From Macrostomum lignano (lineage: Eukaryota): 64,000 nt of DNA. The stretch spans positions 62,001-126,000 of the forward strand of contig NIVC01000691.1 in the NCBI GenBank assembly GCA_002269645.1. Reading direction: 5' to 3'. The notes under the pieces are model-generated. The model ran no database searches and was not told the DNA's origin. It saw nothing but the letters and a program-made list of their open reading frames with translations. This document shows, piece after piece, positions 11,857-23,200 of the stretch (the first letter of the stretch is position 1; each line of letters starts with the position of its first letter). Made by a program: the position numbers and the translations under genes.

Positions 11857-14800
11857 TTAGATACCCCACAGCGGTGGCACCATGTCCTTCAGCCGTTCGC
11901 GGTAAACTTTCATCTTCTCTCTCGCAGCAGAGAGAGAAGGGTTGGAGGCTTTGACTTGTGGCAGGGCCAAACGAAACCTTCTAAACATCTCCAGCAGCTC
12001 ATTCTCATTGGCAACATCTACCAAATCGAGTTTGTTTGCATTGATGAGCTGAATTAGATACTCACGGTAGTGCCTGTCACATATACCTGGCTTGTTATGA
12101 GTAACTTTTTCGGTACAAGGACAGACTGTCAGCTTTCCGTCCATCTTCAAATCAGGAAGCTCACAAGCTTTGCCAACATTTAAGCATGCTTCGCTCACTT
12201 TTACCTTATTTCCCCTCAGCAAATCAAGAAAGGTCGTCTGTTTTACTTGCTTCAAATTAAAGTAGCACTGGCGTTGGTGGTGCACATGAAATCCCTTAAA
12301 CGGGCAGCCTTCGTGAGGTCTCTTCTGAGGGCTTCGACAAAATGGACAGAATGAATGCCCACATCTGCAGTGAAACACAGAATATCCTGATTTGGACACT
12401 CGTTGGTAGCAAAGACTGCAGTTTGGGCAAACCAAATCAAAAGTCAGAAGCTCCATCATCTGATCGTGCAGGTTTGCGTCAGTAGGCGAGAAGCCTTGCT
12501 TCTGAGCAGCTGTGTGCATTTCGTTATAATCTTCTTTTTGTTGAATACCTGCTGCATAATCCCGATAACTGCTGCAGTTTATCCGTTGGTGATCAACCCA
12601 GAAGCCGAAGCATTTCTTGCAGACATCCTGTTTGCAAACTTTGCAGTAACTTTCGCACTGTCGAGTGTCCATTTTCGGTAGTCCACCATTCCTATGAGGA
12701 CAATAGCCATTCGAAGTGTTTACTGCAACTGTCGAGGCATCTTTAGAGGCTTTTGATTTTGTCCCTTTCTTGCCTGCGGCTTCGACCACTTCCCAACCCT
12801 CGTCGCTTTTTTTGCTTGAATTTTCTTCAAGGTGCGCCACTGCATACTCCACAGTGTCAGAGCCAAGCACATCTGCCATTTCCATCAGTTGCATCTTCAT
12901 GAAATCCCGACTATCTTCATCATCGCATACACCCTGGCAGGCAGGGCACTGAATTCTGCTGCTTTTTAGATCAACAAGAAATTTCTTAAAGCACTCTGGA
13001 CACATCTGGCACTCGCATACTGCCATGGCAACAAGTTTGTGACGTGGTAAATCATTCGAACAGCGGTTGCACTTGCGACGCAGTTGGCTCATCAGAGCAT
13101 CGTCTTCGAACGCCAAGTCGCCACACGACTCAATCGCAACTACAAGGTCTGATTCGGAAAACTCTTTAAACTTAGGCATACTTTTGACAACCAGAATTCT
13201 CTCTGCTACCCAGTTTTCTACTCTGAGCTGCAAAGCCAGGTTTTGAGCTTTATCGGACCATTCGGTAGAATCGCTTCCTGCCGCTCCGACTGCAGCACTG
13301 GCGGCTGATGTGGCTGCGGAGGTCAGCATGGACGCAGCAGCAGCGGCTTCACTGCGAGCGACTGCGCCTCCTTTAGTGGCGCCACCAATGAGTTTGGTAA
13401 TGTATGTGCAAGCAGAGCAAATTCCAAGCCCAGTTTCTGGCTGCGATGGAGCCGGGTTCACCAGCGTGCAGTGATTGCAGATCCAGCTGCCTTTGCTTTG
13501 AGAATTGTTTTCTTGGAAATTTTGAGAGGTTACATTTGAAAGAACATTCGTTGTATGATGTCCATGTAGTTGCCGATTCTGTTCTTGCTGTTTCTCTCTC
13601 TGCTGCTGCTCTCTCTGCTGCTGCTCTCTCTGCTGTTGCTCTCTCTGCTGCTGCTCTCTCTGCTGTTGCTCTCTCTGCTGCTGCTCTCTCTGCTGTTGCT
13701 CTCTCTGCTTTCGCTCTCTCTGCTGTTGCTCTCTCTGCTGTTGCTCTCTCTGCTGTTGCTCTGTCTTCTGTAGCTCTCTCAGCTGGTCTCTCAGCTGTTC
13801 TTCTCTCTCCTGTTGCTCTCTCTGCAGCTGTTTCTCTCTCTGCTGCTGCTCTCTCTGCTGTTGCTCTTTCTGCTGCTGCTCTCTCTGCTGCTGCTCTCTT
13901 TGCTGTTGCTCTCTCTGCTGCTGCTGTCTCTGCTGTTGCTCTCTCTGCTTTCGCTCTGTCTTCTGTAGCTCTCTCAGCTGGTCTCTCAGCTGTTCTTCTC
14001 TCTCCTGTTGCTCTCTCTGCAGCTGTTTCTCTCTCTGCTGCTGCTCTCTCTGCTGTTGCTCTTTCTGCTGCTGCTCTCTCTGCTGCTGCTCTCTTTGCTG
14101 TTGCTCTCTCTGCTGCTGCTCTCTCTGCTGTTGCTCTCTCTGCTTTCGCTCTGTCTTCTGTAGCTCTCTCAGCTGGTCTCTCAGCTGTTCTTCTCTCTCC
14201 TGTTGCTCTCTCTGCAGCTGTTTCTCCCTCTGCTGCTGCTCTCTCTGCTGTTGCTCTTTCTGCTGCTGCTCTCTCTGCTGTTGCTCTCTCTGCTGTTGCT
14301 CTCTCAGCTGGTCTCTCAGCTGTTCTTCTCTCTCCTGTTGCTCTTTCAGCTGGTATCTCAGTTGTTCTTCTCTCTCCTGCTGCTCTCTCAGCTGGTCTCT
14401 CAGCTGTTCTTCTCTCTCCTGTTGCTCTCTCAGCTGGTCTCTCAGCTGTTCTCTCAGCTGTTCTTCTTTCTCTTGTTGCTCTCTCAGCTGGTCTCTCAGC
14501 TGTTCTTCTCTCTCCTGTTGCTCTCTCTGGTGCTGGTCGCTCTGTTGCTGCTCCAACATCTGCAGCAGTCTCGCCGCCTCATCATTACCTAGATGAGACT
14601 CCAGTTCGTACACAAGAATCATGGTCGTGTTTCGAGCTACGTGGTCTCCAGACCAGGCCACTCCGCACACCGGACACTCCAGCTGCCCCGGCATTCCGGA
14701 CAGGAAGCTGCAGAAACAGCCACAGCACAGCTCGCACTCGCACGTCGCCATGTGAAACAGCTTGTGACGCGGCATCTGCTTTGAGCACTGGCAACACTGG

Positions 14801-15126
14801 CTTCTCAGGTGCGCCAACAGAGCTACCACATCATCACAGGCCTTCTCGCAAGACTGGATGGAGTCAATGAGGTCAGTATCGGAGAAGTCCTTGAACTCCC
14901 TGAGCTGCTTCACTTCCTGGAGTCGCTCGGTCAGCCAGGTGTCGCAGCGACGCTGGGCCTGAGGCGGCGGCGGCAGCACCTCGACTCGGTGATTCTCAAC
15001 GCTGTGCCAGTTGGTGTGGCAGGACTCGCAGATCAGTTGGAAGCCGCAGCCGGCCTCCAGGCACCGGATTGAGGCGCCTGGGCGGCTGCAGATGAGGCAG
15101 CGCTCAGCAAACATTCGGTGAGCCAT
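11857..15126 (-). CDS. RNF31-like: HOIP-like RBR protein with duplicated UBA-like/RING1 unit, QRE coiled coil and substituted active site (predicted pseudo-ligase)
   Basis: ATG at 15126. Order: B-box-like, RING1 copy 1, QRE repeat, NZF, RING1 copy 2, IBR, RING2 (CPNC..SKSGYSVFHC), LDD (ICDRHYREYLIQLINANKLD). Confidence 0.85.
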   Translation of the reverse strand: MAHRMFAERCLICSRPGASIRCLEAGCGFQLICESCHTNWHSVENHRVEVLPPPPQAQRRCDTWLTERLQEVKQLREFKDFSDTDLIDSIQSCEKACDDVVALLAHLRSQCCQCSKQMPRHKLFHMATCECELCCGCFCSFLSGMPGQLECPVCGVAWSGDHVARNTTMILVYELESHLGNDEAARLLQMLEQQQSDQHQREQQEREEQLRDQLREQQEKEEQLREQLRDQLREQQEREEQLRDQLREQQEREEQLRYQLKEQQEREEQLRDQLREQQQREQQQREQQQKEQQQREQQQREKQLQREQQEREEQLRDQLRELQKTERKQREQQQREQQQREQQQREQQQREQQQKEQQQREQQQREKQLQREQQEREEQLRDQLRELQKTERKQREQQQRQQQQREQQQREQQQREQQQKEQQQREQQQREKQLQREQQEREEQLRDQLRELQKTEQQQREQQQREQQQRERKQREQQQREQQQREQQQREQQQREQQQREQQQREQQQREKQQEQNRQLHGHHTTNVLSNVTSQNFQENNSQSKGSWICNHCTLVNPAPSQPETGLGICSACTYITKLIGGATKGGAVARSEAAAAASMLTSAATSAASAAVGAAGSDSTEWSDKAQNLALQLRVENWVAERILVVKSMPKFKEFSESDLVVAIESCGDLAFEDDALMSQLRRKCNRCSNDLPRHKLVAMAVCECQMCPECFKKFLVDLKSSRIQCPACQGVCDDEDSRDFMKMQLMEMADVLGSDTVEYAVAHLEENSSKKSDEGWEVVEAAGKKGTKSKASKDASTVAVNTSNGYCPHRNGGLPKMDTRQCESYCKVCKQDVCKKCFGFWVDHQRINCSSYRDYAAGIQQKEDYNEMHTAAQKQGFSPTDANLHDQMMELLTFDLVCPNCSLCYQRVSKSGYSVFHCRCGHSFCPFCRSPQKRPHEGCPFKGFHVHHQRQCYFNLKQVKQTTFLDLLRGNKVKVSEACLNVGKACELPDLKMDGKLTVCPCTEKVTHNKPGICDRHYREYLIQLINANKLDLVDVANENELLEMFRRFRLALPQVKASNPSLSAAREKMKVYRERLKDMVPPLWGI
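13585..14530 (-). repeat. Coding QQQRE/QLRE tandem repeat with a 195-bp higher-order unit
   Basis: 15-bp GAGAGAGCAGCAGCA-type units; the marker ttctctctcctgttgctctctctgcagctg recurs at 13801, 13996 and 14191. Confidence 0.9.
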
Positions 15127-16479
15127 GCGTTGCACAACCAAGTTTGCTTGTTGGTCAGGAGCGCTGCATGCATTGAAATAGGGTAGAAGCTTTAAACTCA
15201 ATCAAGAGCAACTGTGGATTGACAAGTTTGAGTAATCTAGCTACGAGAGCATAAACTAAAGAGAAACATTTCAGAGAGTCATTTTTGGAGGGTTTCAAAA
15301 AAATATTCAGATGGGGTGTTGCTTGCTAGGCGATATTGTGAAGAACTAAAAAGCTAAGAATCATTATTAAAGTCAATAAAATATTTCAACGCATTTAGCA
15401 CTTTGAGATGACTTGTCGAGTTTATTTGGCAACGAAAAAGAACAAAGTTTTGGTATTCCCACTGGGAAAACCAAAGTCAGCTGGTTACCCTAAAGGCTAA
15501 GGAGCACCGGTTTAAACCATCTGCTATACAAAATCATCTCATTCAGTATGATACGGTAAGTGCTGTAGTTGTCAACCAGAAAAGTGCTTTAAAAAATCTA
15601 CAAATGCCAATTAGACTACAGACTCACTAATCATTAAAGTTCTGCCTAAGCTCGCCTAGCCTCAACACCCAGCCCTAGCACAGTGGCGCAGGTCACGTCC
15701 TCCGTATTATCTGAGAGTTGCACTACTGTATTCGTGCCTGTCCATGCTTTTAACCTGTTAATGTGCATTGATTGTTTTCTACCTTTACCAAAACTATTGA
15801 TTTTTCACGACTGTTTCATTACGATTTAGTTTTTTAAAAACTGAGTTTTGATACCGCATCACACAGTGAACCATAATTTGAAGTTGAGAAAAGAACAAAA
15901 ACAAAAACGTTTCGTACCTTATAAATTAACACTTCAGCAAAACGCTTTAACAGCAAAACATTAAAATCTGGAGTATCTTAATAATGAAAAACAAAGACTA
16001 TATGGATACAGCACAGCTATCTTTGTCTTGAATCATACATTTAAATTTAAGGTAAATATCACGTTTATAAAATATAATACCATTGTATAAAATCACAGAG
16101 AATATTTTGGTATATTCTGTGTTGAAAAACGGAATAATTGAACTTTTTGTTTACAAAAACAACTCAGCATTGAATCACTCAAATTTGGTTGGAACAAATC
16201 CATCACATTTCTCAATGCAGTGTTGGAAGCCCTGTACTCGACAGGAGTTCTAGTCGAGTCCTGCGTAGACTGTAGGCCTTCCCTAGATTTCGATCTGAAA
16301 GGGTGAAGTTTTTCGCGCTAAGAAACATTGTTTTACTCTACATGACACAATTAAATAAAACTTCTATGGTGTAATCTATTGTCCGCCCTACTCGTCAAGT
16401 TGCTATACAGCAACAATCAATGAAAATGCATAATCAAACAAAAGCTGAGGATACGACCAGCCAATAATAGGAAGCAGTG

Positions 16480-16915
16480 GTGTACACCGCAAAACACTGA
16501 AAAATGATTTTAACCCATTGTTCAACCAAGCAAGCAAGGCCCTGCTTGAACTCATCCGCAGGGACATCAGGGCGGTGACCATGGCCCTCTTGAGTAATGG
16601 TTGTTTTTCCAAGCACCGCTACCTCCAGAGAGCCCATTTTGCCTCTCTGGTGTTCAGAATGCGGACCACTTCATTTGTGAATGCCAAGCCTTTACTCAGG
16701 ATAGGCTCACCAACTTCGGCCCAAACCCAGAGCTTTTTCACGTTTTCAGGACAGGAGAATCTCTGCCAGCTCGTCCGCTACCTAAGGGCTAGCGGGCGAG
16801 CGACCATCCACCTTCCGGACTCTCCGGAGGCGGGAACTGAAGCTCTAGGGCGACGACGCCTCCCCGCTGTATCCAGATGCCCGAAACCCCCTGAAGCTAA
16901 GTCAAGTCAAGTAAG
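16480..16915 (+). mobile_element. Decayed 3' end of a non-LTR retrotransposon (I/LOA/R1-type C-terminal Cys-His region)
   Basis: Frameshifted pieces ELIRRDIRAVTMALLSNGCFSKHRY / ESPFCLSGVQNADHFICECQAFTQDRLTNFG / LVRYLRASG resemble the conserved ORF2 C-terminus; ends in a short (AAGTC)n-like tail. Confidence 0.5.
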
Positions 16916-17388
16916 ATACTATACCCTCTAATAGACCTGCTCAGAGATAGCTAACCGAACTACTCTGATTGTAACATTTAAAGAATAAATCATCCCCCTC
17001 CATACACCAGACCGAACTACTGATTCGCCCAGACAGCAGACCTTTAGAGCGATTTCAAAATCATCGGAAGCATCTTACTTGAAGCCTTCCCCTTGTATCA
17101 ACATCTTACTTAGCAAGTCAACATCACTGATTAAAACCATTGAAACATCAAACCACCCTGAAGTGATCATAAACTGAGCCACAGTAGTGAGTCTCAAACT
17201 CAAACCCAAGCAAAGAGAAACTCGAACTGCCATTTAACTGAATCAACAAACAATACATCTACAGTAAAGCTTATCCAACTTGATACCAAGTATAAGAGTG
17301 TAAAAAACACAACCCAAATCTGCTTGAAGTCTTGATCTCTGATGAGTAGATGAATTCAACTGAAACTTAACCAGTCATTGCAACAAAA

Positions 17389-17728
17389 CTAACCTGCATC
17401 TACGGCACCATCAGTTGCTGCTAGATCGCGAACCTCCACCCTGAACGACCGGCCCATTGTTACATTGCCAAAGCCAAATGTTAACAAATGAACTCCCGGC
17501 ATTTTCGGAGTAAAACTGCAGAGGTATTTCACTTTGCCTTCGGAGGCTGCAATTCTGAATCGAACTGGCACTTGAGCACCGTCACTTTCAACGCCTTCCG
17601 GTACGAGACGGAAAAATGGTTGGCTTCCATCAACACCGATTTTTAGGATTAGAAGTGTCGCACATAGCCGAGTTGATAAATGTGCAGTGCTGGCATTGCC
17701 ACTCAAGATTTAGTCTAACGAATTCCAT
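17389..17728 (-). pseudogene. Half-NZF start copied from the 7934-9835 gene, joined to a filamin-type Ig repeat fragment with a 1-bp frameshift
   Basis: MEFVRLNLEWQCQHCTFINSAMCDTSNPK (ATG 17728, stop 17630), then in the next frame ...YLCSFTPKMPGVHLLTFGFGNVTMGRSFRVEV (filamin-like). Confidence 0.55.
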
Positions 17729-18330
17729 ACGATTTGGTGCCGCAAGCCTGCAGGCCTTTGCTGCAAGGAGTTCATTTAAACAAAATTGAGCTAACTTTGA
17801 ATTAAAAAGGTTATCAGTGAGAAAAAATGTTGGAAAGTATTTAATTATAAATATCTAAATAGTAATTAAGTAAAATCTAGCCATATAATATCACACTCAT
17901 TAAAAGTAAATTCTATTAGCTTATAAATATTTTCCCACTGAAAATGCGCCCAATGTACGAGTATATCTTTTCTTTCAGTACTAAAATTAGCTTTTTTCTG
18001 CTGTTATCTAATTCAATAGCGAGCGGCATATGTTGTGATTTTAACAGCTTCTAACACCCGTGGCTATTACCACTAGCTAAATGTTTTCATAAATTTACTA
18101 AGTAATACTTAAAAAGAAGAAAAACGATTTGAGACTCGCAATGAAATGCGTAGACAATAGAAAGTCTAAATAGTATATTTTATAAATCTTGTAAAAAACA
18201 CAGTTGTTTAATCGAAAAATATCGATGATTGTAGAACCATGTAAACTAGGATAAAAATGATTGGACAATAATTTCGATTGGTTTAGTTTGGAGCCGATTA
18301 AGAAACGGACAAAAAGTGAGCACATAAACT
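17640..18330. repeat. Segmental duplicate of ~9750-10480 (5' end and upstream region of the type-B RBR gene)
   Basis: Shared blocks such as agtgtcgcac..gccgagttgataaatgtgcagtgctggca, ctgttatctaattcaatag and aacgatttgagactcgcaatg occur in both places in the same order. Confidence 0.8.
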
Positions 18331-18493
18331 CAGCAACCTGTTAAAAGCTTCCACTCCGAAACCAGTGGTCAAGTTTTCATAGGTCTCAGTCACTTCTCAG
18401 CCAGTTCGCCTCACCCACAAGGCCCTGGATGAGATGCGAGTATATCAGTATGCCAGGACCGCTGCTGACGCCAGAGCAAGTCTCCAGTGCCAA

Positions 18494-18846
18494 CTATCAT
18501 GAGCGCTAATTAACGTCTTCAGCTACTGTCTCCACCGCTAACTGTCTTCATCGCTTATGTCTCCACCGCTAACTGTCTTCATCGCTTATGTCTCCACCGC
18601 TAACTGTCTGCATCGCTTATGTCTCCACCGCTAATGTCAGCAGAGTAATTTACTGCTATTGACATTAAGGGATTTTAATTACATGTATTACTTTCAAACC
18701 AATTGCCGACATAAGGATTTTAACTTTTGTTAGTGTTATACGAGAAAAAGGATTGTAACAAATATAAAATACAAAACTCACTAAGATTTTGTGAAAGAAT
18801 AAGGCGCTGGAGACAGTAGCGGTGATGTCAATGGCGCTCATGACAG
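18494..18846. mobile_element. MITE-like element with ~43-bp imperfect TIRs and an internal 31-bp tandem repeat
   Basis: ctatcatgagcgc...gctactgtctccaccgc at 18494 is the inverse of gcgctggagacagtagc...gcgctcatgacag ending at 18846; TGTCTCCACCGCTAACTGTCTTCATCGCTTA x~3.5 at 18527-18633. Confidence 0.5.
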
Positions 18847-20272
18847 TAAGCGCTTGCGCTGGTGAAGCCTAGTGAGCAATAACTGAAGAATTATGGCTAG
18901 AGCTGGATTATTTAAGTTGCCACTTGTTGACCACTGGTTTAAGAAAGTTAAGGAGCCGAATGAAAAACAGCTGATAACACTTGTGTAAAGAATCGAAACT
19001 AGTACGAAAGAAAGAAGTTCGGTAAAGTCCATAGATTATAAAAACAGTGTTTTAGTATCTGTGTTTAAGTCAGAGGTCTAGTCAGACGAAAAAGAAGCAC
19101 AAAAAGTTTTTGGTAACTTTAATCACAGTCTCAAATGGCAATAAAATCTTAACAAAATAGCCGAATGTGGACACATTGGAACAAATTTAAATTAAGGCAC
19201 GATAAAATGGACCATTGGTTAGAATTGGATACTGATTATAAGAATTGAAAATAAAAAAATAAAGACCTGTTTTCTACTGCCGAAAAAGTTTCCTGGGATA
19301 TCAAATAAACATGAACAATTAAATATTAAAAAAATTAATTCACAGAACCGGGAATAATTTTGAGGATTTTTTCTTCGAGTGGTTTTCAGATTGTATCCTC
19401 GTATTAGAATTTGACTCATTTGTTCTGTTAATACGAGGTAACAGGGTGTGAAAAATCAAGTTCAAAGTATTTGAAACGATATTGGCCAATTAGTGACAAT
19501 TTTTTAGTTTTAGTTATTTTTTTAACTAACTAATAAATCAATCCATTATCAGTAGAATTACCAGGAACACATGCTTTTACCACCAAAAAACATTTATTGC
19601 TGCGCAGTAAGGAGCAACGCAGGCACCATAGAGACCCTGTTGCAAATTTCTCTAGTTTCGTTGATCAAGCCTAGACAGTGGGTAAACCTCAACTGCTGGA
19701 CATCCTCAGCTAGTTTTTCCAATCATTCCCGTCCAGAGTCACCTGATGTTACCTTTTGAAGGTCCAGAAGCTACGCCTGTGTGAAGGCCAGTGACCAACG
19801 AAGTCAAAGCTGATGCAGACACATGTGGTCGCCGTGCTGATAAAATTTGGAGGCTTGGAAAGGCTGCACTAAAAAGTAGTGCTTATTGGCGCACAGGGGA
19901 GCATTGAATACGCCCGTACAATAGCGCTAAAGGGAAAAATCCGATCTTCTACGAGTAGCAGGATCGTCGAGTATCTCGACGGTCCAGAATGCTGGTGACT
20001 TAATTGTTGTTTAAAAAGTTGCGCCGCAAAAAGTTAGCCCGTGTTTCTTGAATTTAGTGTGCCTGCGTTGCTCCGTTCCGGTGCAGCAAAAAATTATCAG
20101 GCGGGATTCCCCCGTTGATAGTTCGACGGGTGGAAAAATAGCTCGGTATTCTTACTGTTAATTAAAACTATGAGCTTAAGTTGATACAGAGTAATCCTAT
20201 CACGAAAATATCTGATCGGAAAATAGGGAGCGTCTCTAAAAATAATTATTAGGAGAGTACCGCCATGGTGAG

Positions 20273-23200
20273 TCACTTTACAAGTGGCTGCTGCTGAGCA
20301 ATCAAAGCTCGCAGGGCTGCCACTTTGTTCTCGCCGACTCCCGAGCAGTCAATTCCTTCACGCAGACACGCTCCCCTGAGCTCGCCTTCGTCCATCACAC
20401 TGACGGGATCCAGCTTTTGCTTGTTCACCAGCGATACAAGGTACTCAATGTAGTGCTTCTCGCACAGGTTCGCCTGGCCCGGTTTCACGTCGACACCGCA
20501 CGGCTCATCCTTCAAACCGCTTCCAACTTCCTTTTGCTCCATCACTTCGCATTTGTCAACTGAGTTCTCAGCTTCGCTCTCGAACTCCACCTTGTGTAAA
20601 TTCAGCAGCAGCTGGAGCCGGTCCACTCCAAAGTCTCTTAGATAGAACAGACAGTCTCTCGGGTGTTTGCAACTCAGGCCCCTGCCCTGAATGATTGTAT
20701 ACTCGCCATCACAGCCTGCGCAGAATTGAAAGCGGCACATTCGGCAGGTGAAGTGCAGACAGCCACCCTTTGCTAAGGCATATTGAAAGCGACAATTAGG
20801 GCACTCAATGCCATTGGCTTGTAGAAAAAATCCAACACCTTTCTCCTGATATTCTGGATCATTGTATTTTAGCCAAATCTCAAACAGGTCACAGTCAATG
20901 TCCTCATGCTGATCTTTCCACGGCTTTTTGCACTCTTTGCAGGTAAAGGCCTGACAATTAGGACATTGGAACTTCAAGCCGATCATGATCTCTGCAAGTA
21001 AAATTTCAAAGCCACAGCTGCTGCACCTGCACCATCGATAGTTTGGATCTTGAAAAAAATTCCACTCTGTGATCTTCTTCTCGACAAGATCCAAAACGTT
21101 TTTATCAAATTTATATTCAGATTGTTTAAAGCGGATGTCATTGATCTGTTGCAGAAGCATTTTGAAATGGCTCTCCAGCTTTTCTATTTGATTTGGATCC
21201 GGAACTTGACAGATTGGGCAACAAAGATCTGTGACATGCCCGCCACCTGTCATAGCTGTTGTCACGAAGTTACGAAAGCACTCGTGGCACAACTCGCACT
21301 GACATGAAGCCATAGGCAATAACTTGTGTCTTGGAAACTCTCCACCACAGCAACTGCACTCGCACCCCAAGAAACTTTTCACGAAGTCAACGTAATCCCG
21401 CCTGTTATTGCTGCTCTTCGCAGCCTCCGCTAGGTCATAAAGATCGCGGCCCTTAAACTCGCTGTTTTGCATAAGCTGAAAAAGTATTTTAGCATCGCTA
21501 ATCTTTCTTAAGTCGAACTCTCCCATCAGACAGTGGAGGGAGGTCTCACTTTCATTCATTCTGTCGAACTTAGGTGGCTCCTGGCCCTCCTTGCGGAACA
21601 AAAATTGTGCGAAATCTCTAAAGACCCGTTCGTTTTCGGCTTGATAAAAATTAGTAAAATCACCATCGCCCTGAAAATCAAGGTTCACCTCATGGGCTGA
21701 CTGCAGCAACTCTGGGCAGTTCTCCGCAATCCAAGCGACCTTTGCTTTGTGACGCTGGGCGCAAATCTGAATAGCCGCTTCAAGGTCGCATGTGTTGTCC
21801 AGCACAGCAGATGCGATATCGTCAAATGAGGGTCGCACACCTGCATTATCATCCTGCAGCACTTTCGCTACCTCGCAACCGACCTGCTCAATCAGTGCCG
21901 GCCATTTTTCTGCGACCCAGACCTTGAATCCAGCCTCCGACTGGGCGCCATCATCAGCAGTTGCCACCAAATACAGCTGGCCCAGCCGACCATCGAAGCC
22001 AGAAAATTCGATATCTTGTATAAGCTTCATCAGCTGTCTGTTTGCAGCCGCCTCCATCTCTGGATTTCGCTGACGGGCTACTGGCTTGACCTCAAAGGGA
22101 AGCTTGATACCGTCACTGCCACCGAGTTCACGTGGAGTTTGGCAAATTGCGCAAGACTTTGCAGTAATGGGATTAAGCATTGTACATGCGGAGCAAGACC
22201 AATCTTGATCATTAGACAGCGGCTGTCTTACGGGTTGAAAAACTTTATTCAAATCATTGTCATAAAGCTGCTCCTCTTTCTGATGTTGCTCCCTCTGATG
22301 ATGCTCTCTCTCAAGTAGCTCTCTTTCACGCTCAATTAGCTCTATCTCACGCTCCTTATCACGCTCTCTCTCCCACTCTCTCTCACGTTGCTCTCTCTGC
22401 TGCTGCTCTCTCTGATTTTGATTTCTTTGCTTTTGCTCTCTCTGCTGCTGCTCCCTCTGGTGTTGCTTTCTCCCAAGTAGCTCTCTCTTACGCTCAAGTA
22501 GCTTTCTCTCACGCTCAATTAGCTCTCTTTCACGCTCAATTAGCTCTATCTCGCGCTCCTTATCACGCTCGCTCTCCCATTCTCTCTCCCGTTGCTCTCT
22601 CTGCTGCTGCTCTATCTCCCGTTGCTCTCTCTGCTGCTGCTCTCTCTGCTGCTGCTCTATCTCCCGTTGCTCTCTCTGCTGCTGCTCTCTCTGCTGCTGC
22701 TCTCTCTGCTGCTGCTCTCTCTTCTGCTGCTGCTCTCTCTTCTGCTGCTGCTCTCTCTTCTGCTGCTCTCTCTGCTGCTGCTCTCTCTCCCGTTGCTCTC
22801 TCTGCTGCTGCTCTCTCTCCCGTTGCTCTCTCTCCCGTTGCTCTCTCTGCTGCTGCTCTATCTCCCGTTGCTCTCTCTCCCGTTGCTCTCTCTGCTGCTG
22901 CTCTCTCTGCTGCTGCTCTCTCTGCTGCTGCTCTCTCTGCTGCTGCTCTCTCTGCTGCTGCTCTCTCTGCTGCTGCTCTCTCTGCTGCTGCTCTCTCTGC
23001 TGCTGCTCTCTCTTCTGCTGCTCTCTCTGCTGCTGCTCTCTCTGCTGCTGCTCTCTCTGCTGCTGCTCTCTCTGCTGCTGCTCTCTCTTCTGCTGCTCTC
23101 TCTGCTGCTCAAAAAAATCATTTGCTTTATTTAGAACTTCAAATTGACCTCGCTGATTCAAGTGCAAAAACAAATTCTGCTGCTCTCTCAGCTTCTTCTT

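Noticed and set aside
13404-14870. Plus-strand 488-aa ALSAAA ORF and similar LLLS ORFs (8-304, 22592-23134, 25969-26590)
   Set aside because: Antisense shadows of coding repeats in the minus-strand ligases.
17339-17376. Hammerhead-like CTGATGA...GAAAC...GTC motif
   Set aside because: A 3-bp stem III is possible, but stems I and II do not pair convincingly; an Infernal search would be needed.
18527-18633. CRISPR-like 31-bp repeats
   Set aside because: Head-to-tail tandem with no unique spacers, eukaryotic context, no cas genes.
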